32,000 nucleotides of DNA from Halalkalibacterium halodurans (GTDB taxonomy: Bacteria > Bacillota > Bacilli > Bacillales > Bacillaceae_D). The notes beneath the pieces are model-generated. The model searched no databases and was not told the DNA's origin. It was given only the letters and a program-made list of their open reading frames with translations. The DNA is taken from positions 12,367 through 44,366 of the forward strand of contig NZ_SNUY01000032.1 in the NCBI RefSeq assembly GCF_004376175.1, written 5' to 3'. This document shows positions 20,617 to 29,888 of the stretch, in pieces. The position numbers were made by a program, and so were the translations under genes. Every line of letters begins with the position of its first letter. Position 1 is the stretch's first letter.

Positions 20617-21126
20617 ATGCAACAAATTGAAGTTAAGCGCTTACTTGTCAATTACAAAACACTTGAAGAGTTCCGAAACTTTCGTGAGTTCGGCGCTGCT
20701 GAACTTTCGATGAAGGATGATCTCGAAGCGAATATTATTGAAAACGATAGCGAATCTCCGTTTTATGGGATTTACTTTGGTGGTAAGCTCGTTGCACGCA
20801 TGAGCCTTTATCGAATCGACGGCAAGTATGACCGTTATTTTGAACCACCTCAAGATTATTTAGAGCTATGGAAGCTAGAAGTGCTTGAGCCATACCGGGG
20901 GAAAGGATTTGGCCGCGCCCTTGTTGATTTCGCGAAAAGCTTCAATTTACCTGTGAAAACAAATGCCAGACAACGCTCAAACGAATTTTGGACGAAAATG
21001 GGCTTTGAGCCTGTCACATACCAAACGGATCGAGACCGTGGAGAAAGTCCATACGTTTGGTATCCAGAAGGAGTAAAAGAACAACTCTCTGAAGACGAAG
21101 GATCTGCGGAAACCCTTGAAAATTAA
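20617..21126 (+). CDS. ylbP: GNAT-family N-acetyltransferase YlbP
   Basis: 169 aa. The acetyl-CoA-binding motif is LEVLEPYRGKGFGRALVDFA. A strong SD (AAAGGAGGA) precedes it. Its orientation, opposite to panE and gerR, matches the B. subtilis ylbP locus. Confidence 0.85.
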   Translation: MQQIEVKRLLVNYKTLEEFRNFREFGAAELSMKDDLEANIIENDSESPFYGIYFGGKLVARMSLYRIDGKYDRYFEPPQDYLELWKLEVLEPYRGKGFGRALVDFAKSFNLPVKTNARQRSNEFWTKMGFEPVTYQTDRDRGESPYVWYPEGVKEQLSEDEGSAETLEN

Positions 21127-21170
21127 AAGAAAAGCGAACGGGAGCAACGCCCGCTCGCTTTTTATTTTTC
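21125..21170. terminator. Bidirectional intrinsic terminator shared by convergent ylbP and gerR
   Basis: AGCGAACGGG-agcaacg-CCCGCTCGCT (one mismatch), flanked by an A-run on the left and TTTTTATTTTT on the right. Confidence 0.75.
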
Positions 21171-21803
21171 CATTGCCTGTTCGTTCTCTTGACCGACAAG
21201 GGAAAGCTTCCGGGCTCGATCCATAATGGAAATTAACGTCTGGTAGTCTTCAGCGATCGTCATTTTCTCTTGACGCATCTTCTTTATTTCCTTTTCAAGC
21301 CTTGCGTTCTCTTTTCGTAACGTTTCATTTTCATCGAGAAGCTGTTGCTTTTCTTTCTGAAGTCGTTGATCTTGCCCAAGTAGAGTTTGCTGGTTTTTCA
21401 AAAAGGCGATCACTTTCTCCATCGTGATGGAACCGCCGTTCTCGTCTACTTGAGAGGAAACTTGTTGCTCCTCTACTACTTCCACTTGATTCTGCTGTCG
21501 TTTTTGAGGTTTCGCTTCAACCTCCATCGCCACCTCTACTGTTTCGACAGGCTCTGATACTTCCTTCTTCACTTGCTTCGAATGCTTTCGCTGCTTTTTC
21601 GCAAGAGCGATAGCAGCCTCATACTTTTTTCGAATGGCTGAATTCCAACGAAAGCCGCATGCTGCAGCTGTTCGGGACAACCGCTCCCCCACTTCCTCAA
21701 AAGCGGCTAACTGCGTACTACCTTCTCGAATATGCCGGAGTACAACTTCCGCTAGTATAAGGTCTTCATCATTTGTCCATGCATCTTGACGATTAGCTGA
21801 CAA
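21162..21803 (-). CDS. gerR: RsfA-family sporulation transcription regulator GerR (YlbO)
   Basis: [54 protein letters not shown] is near-identical to the Myb-like N-terminus of B. subtilis GerR/YlbO, and the C-terminus is coiled-coil. The TTG at 21803 is 7 nt after GAGGAGGG; the track TTG at 21809 is only 1 nt after it. Confidence 0.85.
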   Translation of the reverse strand: MSANRQDAWTNDEDLILAEVVLRHIREGSTQLAAFEEVGERLSRTAAACGFRWNSAIRKKYEAAIALAKKQRKHSKQVKKEVSEPVETVEVAMEVEAKPQKRQQNQVEVVEEQQVSSQVDENGGSITMEKVIAFLKNQQTLLGQDQRLQKEKQQLLDENETLRKENARLEKEIKKMRQEKMTIAEDYQTLISIMDRARKLSLVGQENEQAMEK

Positions 21804-21977
21804 TGGCAATCCCTCCTCTTATTTTTCAGCTTCTTCTAATACTTATGCCCTTACTAGAAAAGATAGACTTTCTTCTAGTAGAAGATTATGTCCTTAAAAA
21901 CCATAAGCTATTCATGATCAGATAAAGATTAGAAGAGGAGGGATGAAAAAGACTAGTAATCCATTATCAAGAAATCG

Positions 21978-22733
21978 TTACATCCTCAAAAAAGCATCGA
22001 CTGCTTCATGGTGGGCATCGCGCTCCCACAACTGTGCGCACTTTGCTACTTCCCGCTCGATTCGCCATATCAGCTCTTTCCTAGAGATTCTGTCAAGGTG
22101 ACGCTCCTTATAAGCTATAAGCACCTCCTGGTCGAGTACTGTGTATAGACCAAGCCATTCTTTCACTCCTTCACGAAAAGGGATCTTTTGGATAACCTTT
22201 TGGATAAATCCAAGATTTTCTCCTACGTCAGACGAGTACACCTTCCCAGTCATTGTCATTTCAAGACTTACATGAGGCTGAACCCGCGTCATTAAAAATG
22301 AGGTGCCCCCCCATCCGGTCGTAATCCCTAACGTTCCTTGAATAAATCCAAATTTGCTGTGAGGTGCAGCCAAGCGAATGTCACAGGCCGCTGCAATTTC
22401 ACATCCCCCACCGACTGCAGCCCCGTTCAATGCTGCCACTGTTAACTTTGGACAATAATAAACATCTAGAAGGATCTTCGCCATTTTTGCTAGCATCGCC
22501 TTTGCTTCCGATTCCGTTTTCAATTTGTGAAAAGAGGAAAGATCCCCACCCGCACAAAATGCTTTTTCCCCTGCACCTGTCACAATGATCACCTTACTTT
22601 GATCACCTTTTGCTTGTGCCAAAGCCTCGGCAAACTGATCCATCGTCTCTTCATCTATCGCATTTCGCTTTTCTGGTCGATTAAATTGAATCCATGTCAC
22701 ATCATGATCTTGTATGTATAACACTTTGCTCAT
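21978..22733 (-). CDS. Enoyl-CoA hydratase/isomerase (crotonase) superfamily protein
   Basis: 251 aa with FCAGGDL and LNGAAVGGGCEIAAACDIR crotonase signatures. It is absent from this position in B. subtilis 168 as I recall that locus. Confidence 0.9.
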   Translation of the reverse strand: MSKVLYIQDHDVTWIQFNRPEKRNAIDEETMDQFAEALAQAKGDQSKVIIVTGAGEKAFCAGGDLSSFHKLKTESEAKAMLAKMAKILLDVYYCPKLTVAALNGAAVGGGCEIAAACDIRLAAPHSKFGFIQGTLGITTGWGGTSFLMTRVQPHVSLEMTMTGKVYSSDVGENLGFIQKVIQKIPFREGVKEWLGLYTVLDQEVLIAYKERHLDRISRKELIWRIEREVAKCAQLWERDAHHEAVDAFLRM

Positions 22734-22800
22734 CTTATTCCCTCCTTATGACAAGTTCAACACTCAAGCCGACTTCCCTTTATAAAATTACTGAATAAGC

Positions 22801-22832
22801 AAAAAACCCGCCTTTCTTCAGGCGAGTTTTTT
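22801..22832 (-). terminator. Intrinsic terminator after rpmF
   Basis: The minus strand reads CTCGCCT-gaagaa-AGGCGGG followed by TTTTTT, 17 nt after the rpmF stop. Confidence 0.75.
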
Positions 22833-22848
22833 ACCAGAATTTCTTCCA

Positions 22849-23022
22849 TTATTTACTTAAAACATCTTGGCCTTTATAAGAGCCACACTCTTTACATACG
22901 CGGTGAGCAAGTTTCATTTCACCACATTCTGGGCATTTAACCATACCAGGTACAGCTAACTTGTAGTGAGTACGACGCTTTCTTTTACGTGTTTTTGACG
23001 TTCTTCTGAAAGGTACTGCCAT
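22849..23022 (-). CDS. rpmF: 50S ribosomal protein L32 (zinc-ribbon form)
   Basis: [22 protein letters not shown] with CPECG...CKECG (four Cys). The true start is the third in-frame ATG of the track ORF. Confidence 0.95.
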   Translation of the reverse strand: MAVPFRRTSKTRKRKRRTHYKLAVPGMVKCPECGEMKLAHRVCKECGSYKGQDVLSK

Positions 23023-23102
23023 CATTCCCACCTCCTTACCGGACTTAAAAACAACATGTATGAAATGAAAGGGGATGAGGTAGCCTCATTCCTTCTTCAT
23101 CC

Positions 23103-23615
23103 CTACTGCTTATCAAAAAACTTTGCCAAATCTGCGAGCCGCGGGTCCACTTTTTTCTCCTGTGCCTCTGGCTCTGTGATCAGCTCCCACCCTTTTCCTT
23201 GAGGAGGGGCCTCACCTTGCTCGCCATCTTCAGCAAAAACTTGCATCGGCATCTCAAGGAGAATATGTTCCTCGACAAACGGTAGTAGGTCTACCGTTTC
23301 TCCCTCAATTAAATGAATGTCTTCATCGCTTGCTGCGACATAATCAGATTCAGTAAATTGCTCTTCCACTGTTAAATCAAATGGGAACTCCACATCTGCA
23401 AGGGTTCGAGAGCATGGCAAGATCAACGTTCCTGTAATATGTAACGGGAAACGAACGACGTTACCTGTAAAGATTGCTTCACCACGAACCTGAACAGGGG
23501 AGACTGAACGAATTTCTTCGTTTACTTCCTTTAGACGATCAAGGTTTACCGTCTCATCAAAAGAAAATTGACGATGCTTCGCCGCGCGAAGCTGTTGCAT
23601 GTTCCATTTCAACAT
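23103..23615 (-). CDS. ylbN: YceD/DUF177-family protein YlbN (ribosome-associated, co-operonic with rpmF)
   Basis: 170 aa, acidic, with the PCSRTL motif typical of DUF177. It lies directly upstream of rpmF, as in most bacteria. Confidence 0.9.
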   Translation of the reverse strand: MLKWNMQQLRAAKHRQFSFDETVNLDRLKEVNEEIRSVSPVQVRGEAIFTGNVVRFPLHITGTLILPCSRTLADVEFPFDLTVEEQFTESDYVAASDEDIHLIEGETVDLLPFVEEHILLEMPMQVFAEDGEQGEAPPQGKGWELITEPEAQEKKVDPRLADLAKFFDKQ

Positions 23616-23641
23616 GTGATCACCTCAAGGCAACAAGAGTA

Positions 23642-23670
23642 ATTATAGTCTTACCTATTTTGTTTGTCAA
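23642..23670 (-). promoter_or_regulatory. Consensus sigma-A promoter for ylbN-rpmF
   Basis: The minus strand reads TTGACA-aacaaaataggtaagac-TATAAT. Both hexamers are perfect, the spacer is 17 nt, and the -10 element ends about 26 nt upstream of the ylbN ATG. Confidence 0.7.
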
Positions 23671-23811
23671 CCTTTTTTCTTTACACTGACTTGTCTATAA
23701 TGAAAAAGACATCATTGGACAAACGTGATAATTGAAAGTCATTGTAGCACTTTCCTCCCACTGTCGTAAAGGGGGATGCAACAAAATAAAATTGTCAAAA
23801 AGGAGGCGCCT

Positions 23812-25062
23812 ATGAAAGCCGTCGGTGTCGTTGTCGAATACAACCCATTTCATAACGGTCATTTGCATCATTTGACGGAAGCCCGCAAACAGGCAAAGGC
23901 CGATGTTGTCATTGCGGTTATGAGCGGATATTTTTTACAGCGCGGAGAACCTGCTATTTTGCCGAAATGGGAACGCACCTCCCTTGCGCTACAAGGTGGT
24001 GCTGATCTTGTCGTGGAGCTCCCATATGCCTTTTCCACACAAAAGGCCGAATGGTTTGCCACAGGTGCTGTTTCCATTTTAGCAGCGCTTGAGGCAGACG
24101 CTCTTTGCTTCGGCAGTGAAGAAGGAACGATCGAACCGTTTCACCGACTCTACCACTTTATGGCCAAGCATCGTGCGGCATGGGATCGAATGATCAAAGA
24201 AGAGCTAGATAAAGGAATGAGCTATCCAACTGCCACAAGCCTAGCGTTCAAGCGACTTGAAGGATCTGCTGAACATTTGGATTTAAGCCGACCAAACAAC
24301 ATTCTTGGCTTCCATTATGTGAAAGCGATCTACGACTTACATACTTCCATTAAAGCCATGACCATCCCAAGAATCAAAGCAGGCTACCATGACGATTCAC
24401 TTAACGAAAGCTCCATCGCTAGTGCAACGAGCATTCGAAAATCGCTTAAAACAAAAGAGGGATGGCAGATGGTTGATCGAGTGGTCCCTTCGTATACGAC
24501 AGAGATGCTGAAATCGTTTGAAAAAGAAACAACCTTCCTCCCATCCTGGGAGCGACTATTTCCTTTGTTAAAGTATCGGTTGCTCACCGCCACACCTGAA
24601 CAGCTACATGCTATTTATGAAGGAGAAGAAGGCCTTGAATACCGAGCGCTTAAAACGATTGTCTCGGCTACTTCTTTTCACGACTGGATGACAAAGATGA
24701 AAACAAAACGTTACACGTGGACAAGAATCCAGCGGTATGCTACCCACCTTTTTACAAATACAACAAAAGAAGAGATTCACTCGGTTTTACCTCGAGGGAC
24801 AGAGTCTCTCCCGTACATTCGTTTGCTCGGCATGACGTCTCGTGGGCAAATGTATTTAAACGGGAAAAAAAAGCAGCTGACGACCCCCGTCATTACACGA
24901 CCTGCAAAAGTTGACGACAGGATGATGAACCTAGATTTGCGCGCGGCATTTAGTTATTATGCCTCGTTTCCACCAAGCTTACAACAAAAACGTCTAAAAG
25001 AGGAGTTCCATCGCACGCCGATTCGAATCGATCACAAGCCTGAACCAAAAAAAGAAGCGTAG
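23812..25062 (+). CDS. tmcAL: tRNA(Met) cytidine acetate ligase TmcAL (YlbM nucleotidyltransferase family)
   Basis: MKAVGVVVEYNPFHNGHLHH... is collinear with B. subtilis YlbM (KRYTWTRIQR, PYIRLLGMT). The ATG at 23812 is 5 nt after AAAGGAGG; the track start at 23776 has no SD. Confidence 0.9.
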   Translation: MKAVGVVVEYNPFHNGHLHHLTEARKQAKADVVIAVMSGYFLQRGEPAILPKWERTSLALQGGADLVVELPYAFSTQKAEWFATGAVSILAALEADALCFGSEEGTIEPFHRLYHFMAKHRAAWDRMIKEELDKGMSYPTATSLAFKRLEGSAEHLDLSRPNNILGFHYVKAIYDLHTSIKAMTIPRIKAGYHDDSLNESSIASATSIRKSLKTKEGWQMVDRVVPSYTTEMLKSFEKETTFLPSWERLFPLLKYRLLTATPEQLHAIYEGEEGLEYRALKTIVSATSFHDWMTKMKTKRYTWTRIQRYATHLFTNTTKEEIHSVLPRGTESLPYIRLLGMTSRGQMYLNGKKKQLTTPVITRPAKVDDRMMNLDLRAAFSYYASFPPSLQQKRLKEEFHRTPIRIDHKPEPKKEA

Positions 25063-25111
25063 TCGATCCCTTCAGAAATCTCATCATCTCAACTCGATTG
25101 TCAAAGGAAAG

Positions 25112-25149
25112 AAACCATCCCGAATCCTAACATACGGTGGGATGGTTTT
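25112..25149. terminator. Bidirectional terminator between convergent tmcAL and ylbL
   Basis: AAACCATCCC-(17 nt)-GGGATGGTTT, followed by TTTT on the plus strand and TTTCTTTCC on the minus strand. Confidence 0.6.
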
Positions 25150-25165
25150 GACTGTTTCCTACGAA

Positions 25166-26215
25166 TTAAACGCGCGGTTCTAAGCTTTGCAAAAACTGAA
25201 GCGCTTCCTCAAACGTGTCAATCGGAATGATTTTCATCTCGGTTCCAATATCTTCAGCAGCTTCTAAGGCTTCTTTGTAATTTGATTGTTCTGCGCCATG
25301 TTCATTTGGGGCTAGAAAATAATCCGCTCCCGCCTTATGGGCCGCGACGATTTTTTGTTTCACACCGCCAATCCGGCCTACCTCACCTTCTTCATTGATC
25401 GAGCCAGTCCCAGCAATGTGATACCCCTTTGTTAAATCCTCTTCCTGTAATTGATTGTATATTTCCAGTGAGAACATGAGCCCGGCAGAAGGACCGCCAA
25501 TTTCACTAGAATCAATGGTCACTTCTGGATCGAAAATGACATCTCGATCGGTTACAGGATAACTGATTCCTACTCCTACTCGTCCGTCTTCTACTTGCAA
25601 GTGCTCAGGGAAAGGTTCAAAGGTGAGGATCACATCGAACGGCTCTCCCTCTTCTCGTTTGACCGTTAGCTTCACCGTCTCCCCTTCCGTTCTTCCTTGG
25701 AGTTTTTCGAGAAGTTCATCTGCTTCTAAGACAGGCTCGTCATCAACCGCAATAATATGATCTCCAGCTTTTAGCTTTTCTGCTGCTGGCATCCCGTCAA
25801 TCACTTGTGTCACAAGGACCCCGTGATATGTATAGTCAACCGGCCGGTTTGCATGTTCATAGGCAACGATTTTCGCCGTTACTTTCGAATGATCCATCAA
25901 CATCAACTGACGATGGTGATATTCTTCGTCTGTTTCTCCCTCATGGCGAATTTGCTCTTCTGGATACAACTCCCGATACTCACTGAACTGAGCCCAAAAA
26001 TAAAAAATAGGGTTCGCCTTACCCATTCGCACTGTTGTCAACATAAAGGTGCCATCTTCCTCATGTCCCCCTTCAACATTAATCACTTCGCTGAGCACTT
26101 TTCCTTCTCCAGGTTCTGAATAATAATAAGGCAGTTGAAAGAAGTGAATAAAGGCAAGGATCGCAATGAGGATGATCCACCGTTTTTGAAATTTACGCTT
26201 TTTCGTCTGTCTCAT
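25166..26215 (-). CDS. ylbL: YlbL/SepM-family membrane-anchored serine protease (PDZ domain plus Lon-like protease domain)
   Basis: It has an N-terminal TM helix, a PDZ-like block (AAEKLKAGDHIIAVDDEPV) and a Lon-protease-like C-terminus (GPSAGLMFSLEIY...GTGSINEEGEVGRIGGVKQKIVAAHKAGADYF). The ATG at 26215 is 6 nt after GGAAGGAGA. Confidence 0.88.
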   Translation of the reverse strand: MRQTKKRKFQKRWIILIAILAFIHFFQLPYYYSEPGEGKVLSEVINVEGGHEEDGTFMLTTVRMGKANPIFYFWAQFSEYRELYPEEQIRHEGETDEEYHHRQLMLMDHSKVTAKIVAYEHANRPVDYTYHGVLVTQVIDGMPAAEKLKAGDHIIAVDDEPVLEADELLEKLQGRTEGETVKLTVKREEGEPFDVILTFEPFPEHLQVEDGRVGVGISYPVTDRDVIFDPEVTIDSSEIGGPSAGLMFSLEIYNQLQEEDLTKGYHIAGTGSINEEGEVGRIGGVKQKIVAAHKAGADYFLAPNEHGAEQSNYKEALEAAEDIGTEMKIIPIDTFEEALQFLQSLEPRV

Positions 26216-27020
26216 AATGGGTCTCCTTCCACGTAGCGATTGCATCTTTAATTTCTGGAATTTTCGCTATCGCCGCTCGTTCCCCTAGCAGAATTAAATC
26301 GTTTACCGCTTCAAAGTCGATCGAACTCGATAACGAGCGATAGCGATCATTCATCGGCCTAATCATAACAGTGCAATCAATTTCTTGGACGCGAACGAGC
26401 TCCTTCGACATCATATCCATCGTTTGCAAAATGACATCGTAAACGGAACGAATCTCTAGCTCCTCGCGAAAAATGGTCAAATCTACTGCAATCGTTAGAT
26501 CGGCCCCCATCTCCTTGACGACAGAGACAGGTACACGGTCAATAACGCCGCCGTCAATGAGCAGTCGGTCGTTTATGTTTTTCGGAACAAAAATACCGGG
26601 AATCGCAATGCTTGCCCGCACAGCTTCTGCAACGTCCCCTTCTTGCAAAATAACCCGCTCGCCTTTAAGCAAATCAGCCGCTACAATTCGCACAGGTGGG
26701 TCTAACTCTTCCACTCGCTTCTTTTTTGCAAGGACACGGATAAGCTCCTCCACGCGATGGCCAGCGATAAACCCCATTTTCGGGACCGTAAAATCCAAAT
26801 AATATTTTCGTTTAAACAGATTGGCAAAACGAATCAGATGTTCCGTTGGATGACCGGCTCCGTACAAAGAGGCCACAAGGGCTCCCATACTACTACCGGC
26901 GAGATAGTCTATCGGTATCTTTTCCTGTTCTAATACTTTCAACACACCGATATGTGCATACCCACGAGCTCCACCTGACCCTAAAGCCAATCCAATTTTT
27001 GGTCGATGGACTTTTCCCAC
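26193..27020 (-). CDS. ylbK: Patatin-like phospholipase YlbK
   Basis: HRPKIGLALGSGGARGYAHIGVL (oxyanion GGxRG), the GSSMG nucleophile elbow and a DGG motif. The GTG at 27020 is 8 nt after GAGGAG and gives a B. subtilis-like N-terminus. The track ATG at 27065 has no SD but is not excluded. Confidence 0.85.
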   Translation of the reverse strand: MGKVHRPKIGLALGSGGARGYAHIGVLKVLEQEKIPIDYLAGSSMGALVASLYGAGHPTEHLIRFANLFKRKYYLDFTVPKMGFIAGHRVEELIRVLAKKKRVEELDPPVRIVAADLLKGERVILQEGDVAEAVRASIAIPGIFVPKNINDRLLIDGGVIDRVPVSVVKEMGADLTIAVDLTIFREELEIRSVYDVILQTMDMMSKELVRVQEIDCTVMIRPMNDRYRSLSSSIDFEAVNDLILLGERAAIAKIPEIKDAIATWKETHYETDEKA

Positions 27021-27136
27021 ATTATCAGCTCCTCTTCTGCCAAGGAATCGCATTACGTTCTTCATTGATATGGTCTAAATGAAGCTTGTATACGTATATT
27101 TAAGTGAGAATCTTTTTGCTGTCCAAGGAGGATGTT

Positions 27137-28372
27137 ATGACTGAAATCGCCAAAATTCGAACGTTTCTCATCGCTGTCATGATTACTTGCTTAGCAGCCT
27201 CCTTAATGATTTTTCCAAAAGAAGCACTCGAAGCCTCAACCAGAGGGCTTACCATGTGGTGGGATGTCGTCTTTCCATCCCTGCTTCCTTTTTTTATTGT
27301 GTCCGAGCTGTTGATCGGCTTCGGTGTGGTTAGTTTACTCGGAACCTTTCTTGAGCCACTCATGCGCCCGATCTTTCGCGTTCCTGGTGTAGGAGGCTTT
27401 GTCTGGGCCATGGGACTTGCATCTGGATATCCCGCCGGCGCAAAGCTAACGGCAAGGATGCGACAGGAAAAGAAATTGACGAAGATTGAAGCGGAGCGTC
27501 TCGTCTCGTTCACCAACTCTTCCAACCCGTTATTTATTTTTGGTGCAATCGCCGTCGGTTTTTTTCAAAATGCAGCCCTCGGTCTTCTGCTCGCCCTCTC
27601 CCATTATCTTGGCAATATTTGCGTCGGCATTCTCATGCGTTTTCATGGATCAGAGGAGGAGCGTTTTCTTCGGCAACAGCGTAAACCACAAGACCGGTCA
27701 CTTAACCATGCAATGTCTATTATTTACGAAGAGCGTAAAAAAGACGGGCGCCCGCTCGGAAAACTTCTTGGAGATGCTGTTCAGTCATCCGTCCGTACGC
27801 TGTTAATGGTGGGGGGCTTTATCATTTTGTTTTCTGTGCTGAACCGAATCCTCACGTTGATCGGTTTTACCGACTTTCTGGCGGTGCTATTCTCTATTAT
27901 ACTTTCTTTTTTTCAGCTGCCCAACGAATTAAGCATCCCGCTTATTTCTGGCTTGTTTGAAATCACACTCGGCGCCCAGCTTGCGAGCCAAGTAACCGAA
28001 GCCACTTTGTTTCAACAAGTGGTTGTGACAAGCTTCTTTTTAGCTTTTTGCGGTTTTTCTGTTCAAGCCCAAGTCGCGAGCATTTTAGCAGAAACCGACA
28101 TCCGGTTTAAACCGTTTTTTGTCGCTCGCATTTTTCACGGCTTTTTTGCAGCGATTATTTCTGTCATCCTATGGCCGTATGTGTATACTGAAAATTCTTC
28201 CAGAGGTAACATTTCTAGTGTCATCCCTGCTTTTTTATCAAATGGTTCATCTGGCCTTGGTACAACGTTGTGGCATTGGCTCCATATGTATGGATCGCTG
28301 TTTACCCTCATCATGCTTATCATTTTTATATTTCTTATGGCTAAGAGAGGACTTGAGCGAGCCGAGCCTTAA
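27137..28372 (+). CDS. ylbJ: Sporulation integral membrane protein YlbJ
   Basis: Polytopic membrane protein of about 411 aa with nucleoside-transporter-like gate repeats. It lies divergent from ylbK and convergent with coaD, as in B. subtilis. The ATG at 27137 is 5 nt after AAGGAGG. Confidence 0.88.
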   Translation: MTEIAKIRTFLIAVMITCLAASLMIFPKEALEASTRGLTMWWDVVFPSLLPFFIVSELLIGFGVVSLLGTFLEPLMRPIFRVPGVGGFVWAMGLASGYPAGAKLTARMRQEKKLTKIEAERLVSFTNSSNPLFIFGAIAVGFFQNAALGLLLALSHYLGNICVGILMRFHGSEEERFLRQQRKPQDRSLNHAMSIIYEERKKDGRPLGKLLGDAVQSSVRTLLMVGGFIILFSVLNRILTLIGFTDFLAVLFSIILSFFQLPNELSIPLISGLFEITLGAQLASQVTEATLFQQVVVTSFFLAFCGFSVQAQVASILAETDIRFKPFFVARIFHGFFAAIISVILWPYVYTENSSRGNISSVIPAFLSNGSSGLGTTLWHWLHMYGSLFTLIMLIIFIFLMAKRGLERAEP

Positions 28373-28393
28373 CGAAAGGATTAAGGAAGGTTC

Positions 28394-28428
28394 GAAAAAA
28401 TCGCCCACCTCGATGAAAAGGGTGGGCG
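28394..28428 (-). terminator. Intrinsic terminator after coaD
   Basis: The minus strand reads CGCCCACC-cttttcatcga-GGTGGGCG followed by ATTTTTTC. On the plus strand the same hairpin has no U-tract. Confidence 0.7.
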
Positions 28429-28440
28429 TCACTCACAAAT

Positions 28441-29504
<1,064 letters not shown>

Positions 29505-29567
29505 ATGAATAGCTCCTTTATATTCTGTTGCTTAAAAGGCTTATTTAAATGTGTTCGCGCCTTTCTC

Positions 29568-29597
29568 ATCCTACCATAATTTTGCGAAGCTTGTCAG
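29568..29597 (-). promoter_or_regulatory. Candidate sigma-A promoter for rsmD-coaD
   Basis: The minus strand reads CTGACA, 18 nt, then TGGTAGGAT (extended -10). It would give a leader of about 60 nt containing a hairpin, AAAGGC-(18 nt)-GCCTTT. Confidence 0.4.
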
Positions 29598-29781
29598 ATA
29601 ATCCAATAAGAAAAAAACAAGAAAAAATGCGTATATCTTCATGGCGAATGGTCATACTAGGACTAGCAGCATTCGATGAATGTTGCACAACCGCGGAGAA
29701 GGCTTACGTTTCCCCATAAGTTCTTCCTCCGGTTTCTCCTCTCCCATAGCCTCGTACATACAGAACGTATGATCACGGGCA

Positions 29782-29815
29782 CCCCGTAAGATCAATTCTT
29801 ACGGGGATTTTTTTA
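29782..29815 (+). terminator. Orphan plus-strand intrinsic terminator with no annotated upstream plus-strand gene
   Basis: CCCCGTAAGA-tcaat-TCTTACGGGG (perfect 10-bp stem) followed by ATTTTTTTATTT. On the minus strand no U-tract follows the hairpin. Confidence 0.75.
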
Positions 29816-29888
29816 TTTCCACAACTCGACACATACTACGGGACGTGTTACATTTTTAGAGGATGAGAATAGAAAGGGGAAACGTTAC

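Noticed and set aside
21943-22101. A plus-strand 52-codon ORF (MKKTSNPLSRNRYILKK...) starting right after the mirror SD AAGAGGAGGG at 21933-21942.
   Set aside because: The ATG abuts the SD with only 0-1 nt spacing. The ORF is antisense to the crotonase 3' end and is Ser/Arg-rich. The purine block is better explained as one arm of the gerR-leader inverted repeat.
27100-27525. A 141-aa minus-strand ORF and a 156-aa plus-strand ORF (28119-28589), which are long enough to look real.
   Set aside because: The first is antisense to the ylbJ N-terminal membrane region. The second is out of frame with the ylbJ 3' end and then antisense to coaD. Both have biased composition and no SD, while ylbJ and coaD are well supported.
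29627-29716. A plus-strand 29-aa ORF (MRISSWRMVILGLAAFDECCTTAEKAYVSP) upstream of the orphan terminator.
   Set aside because: It has no SD-like sequence; the ATG is preceded by an A-run. It ends about 65 nt before the terminator and there is no evidence of coding.
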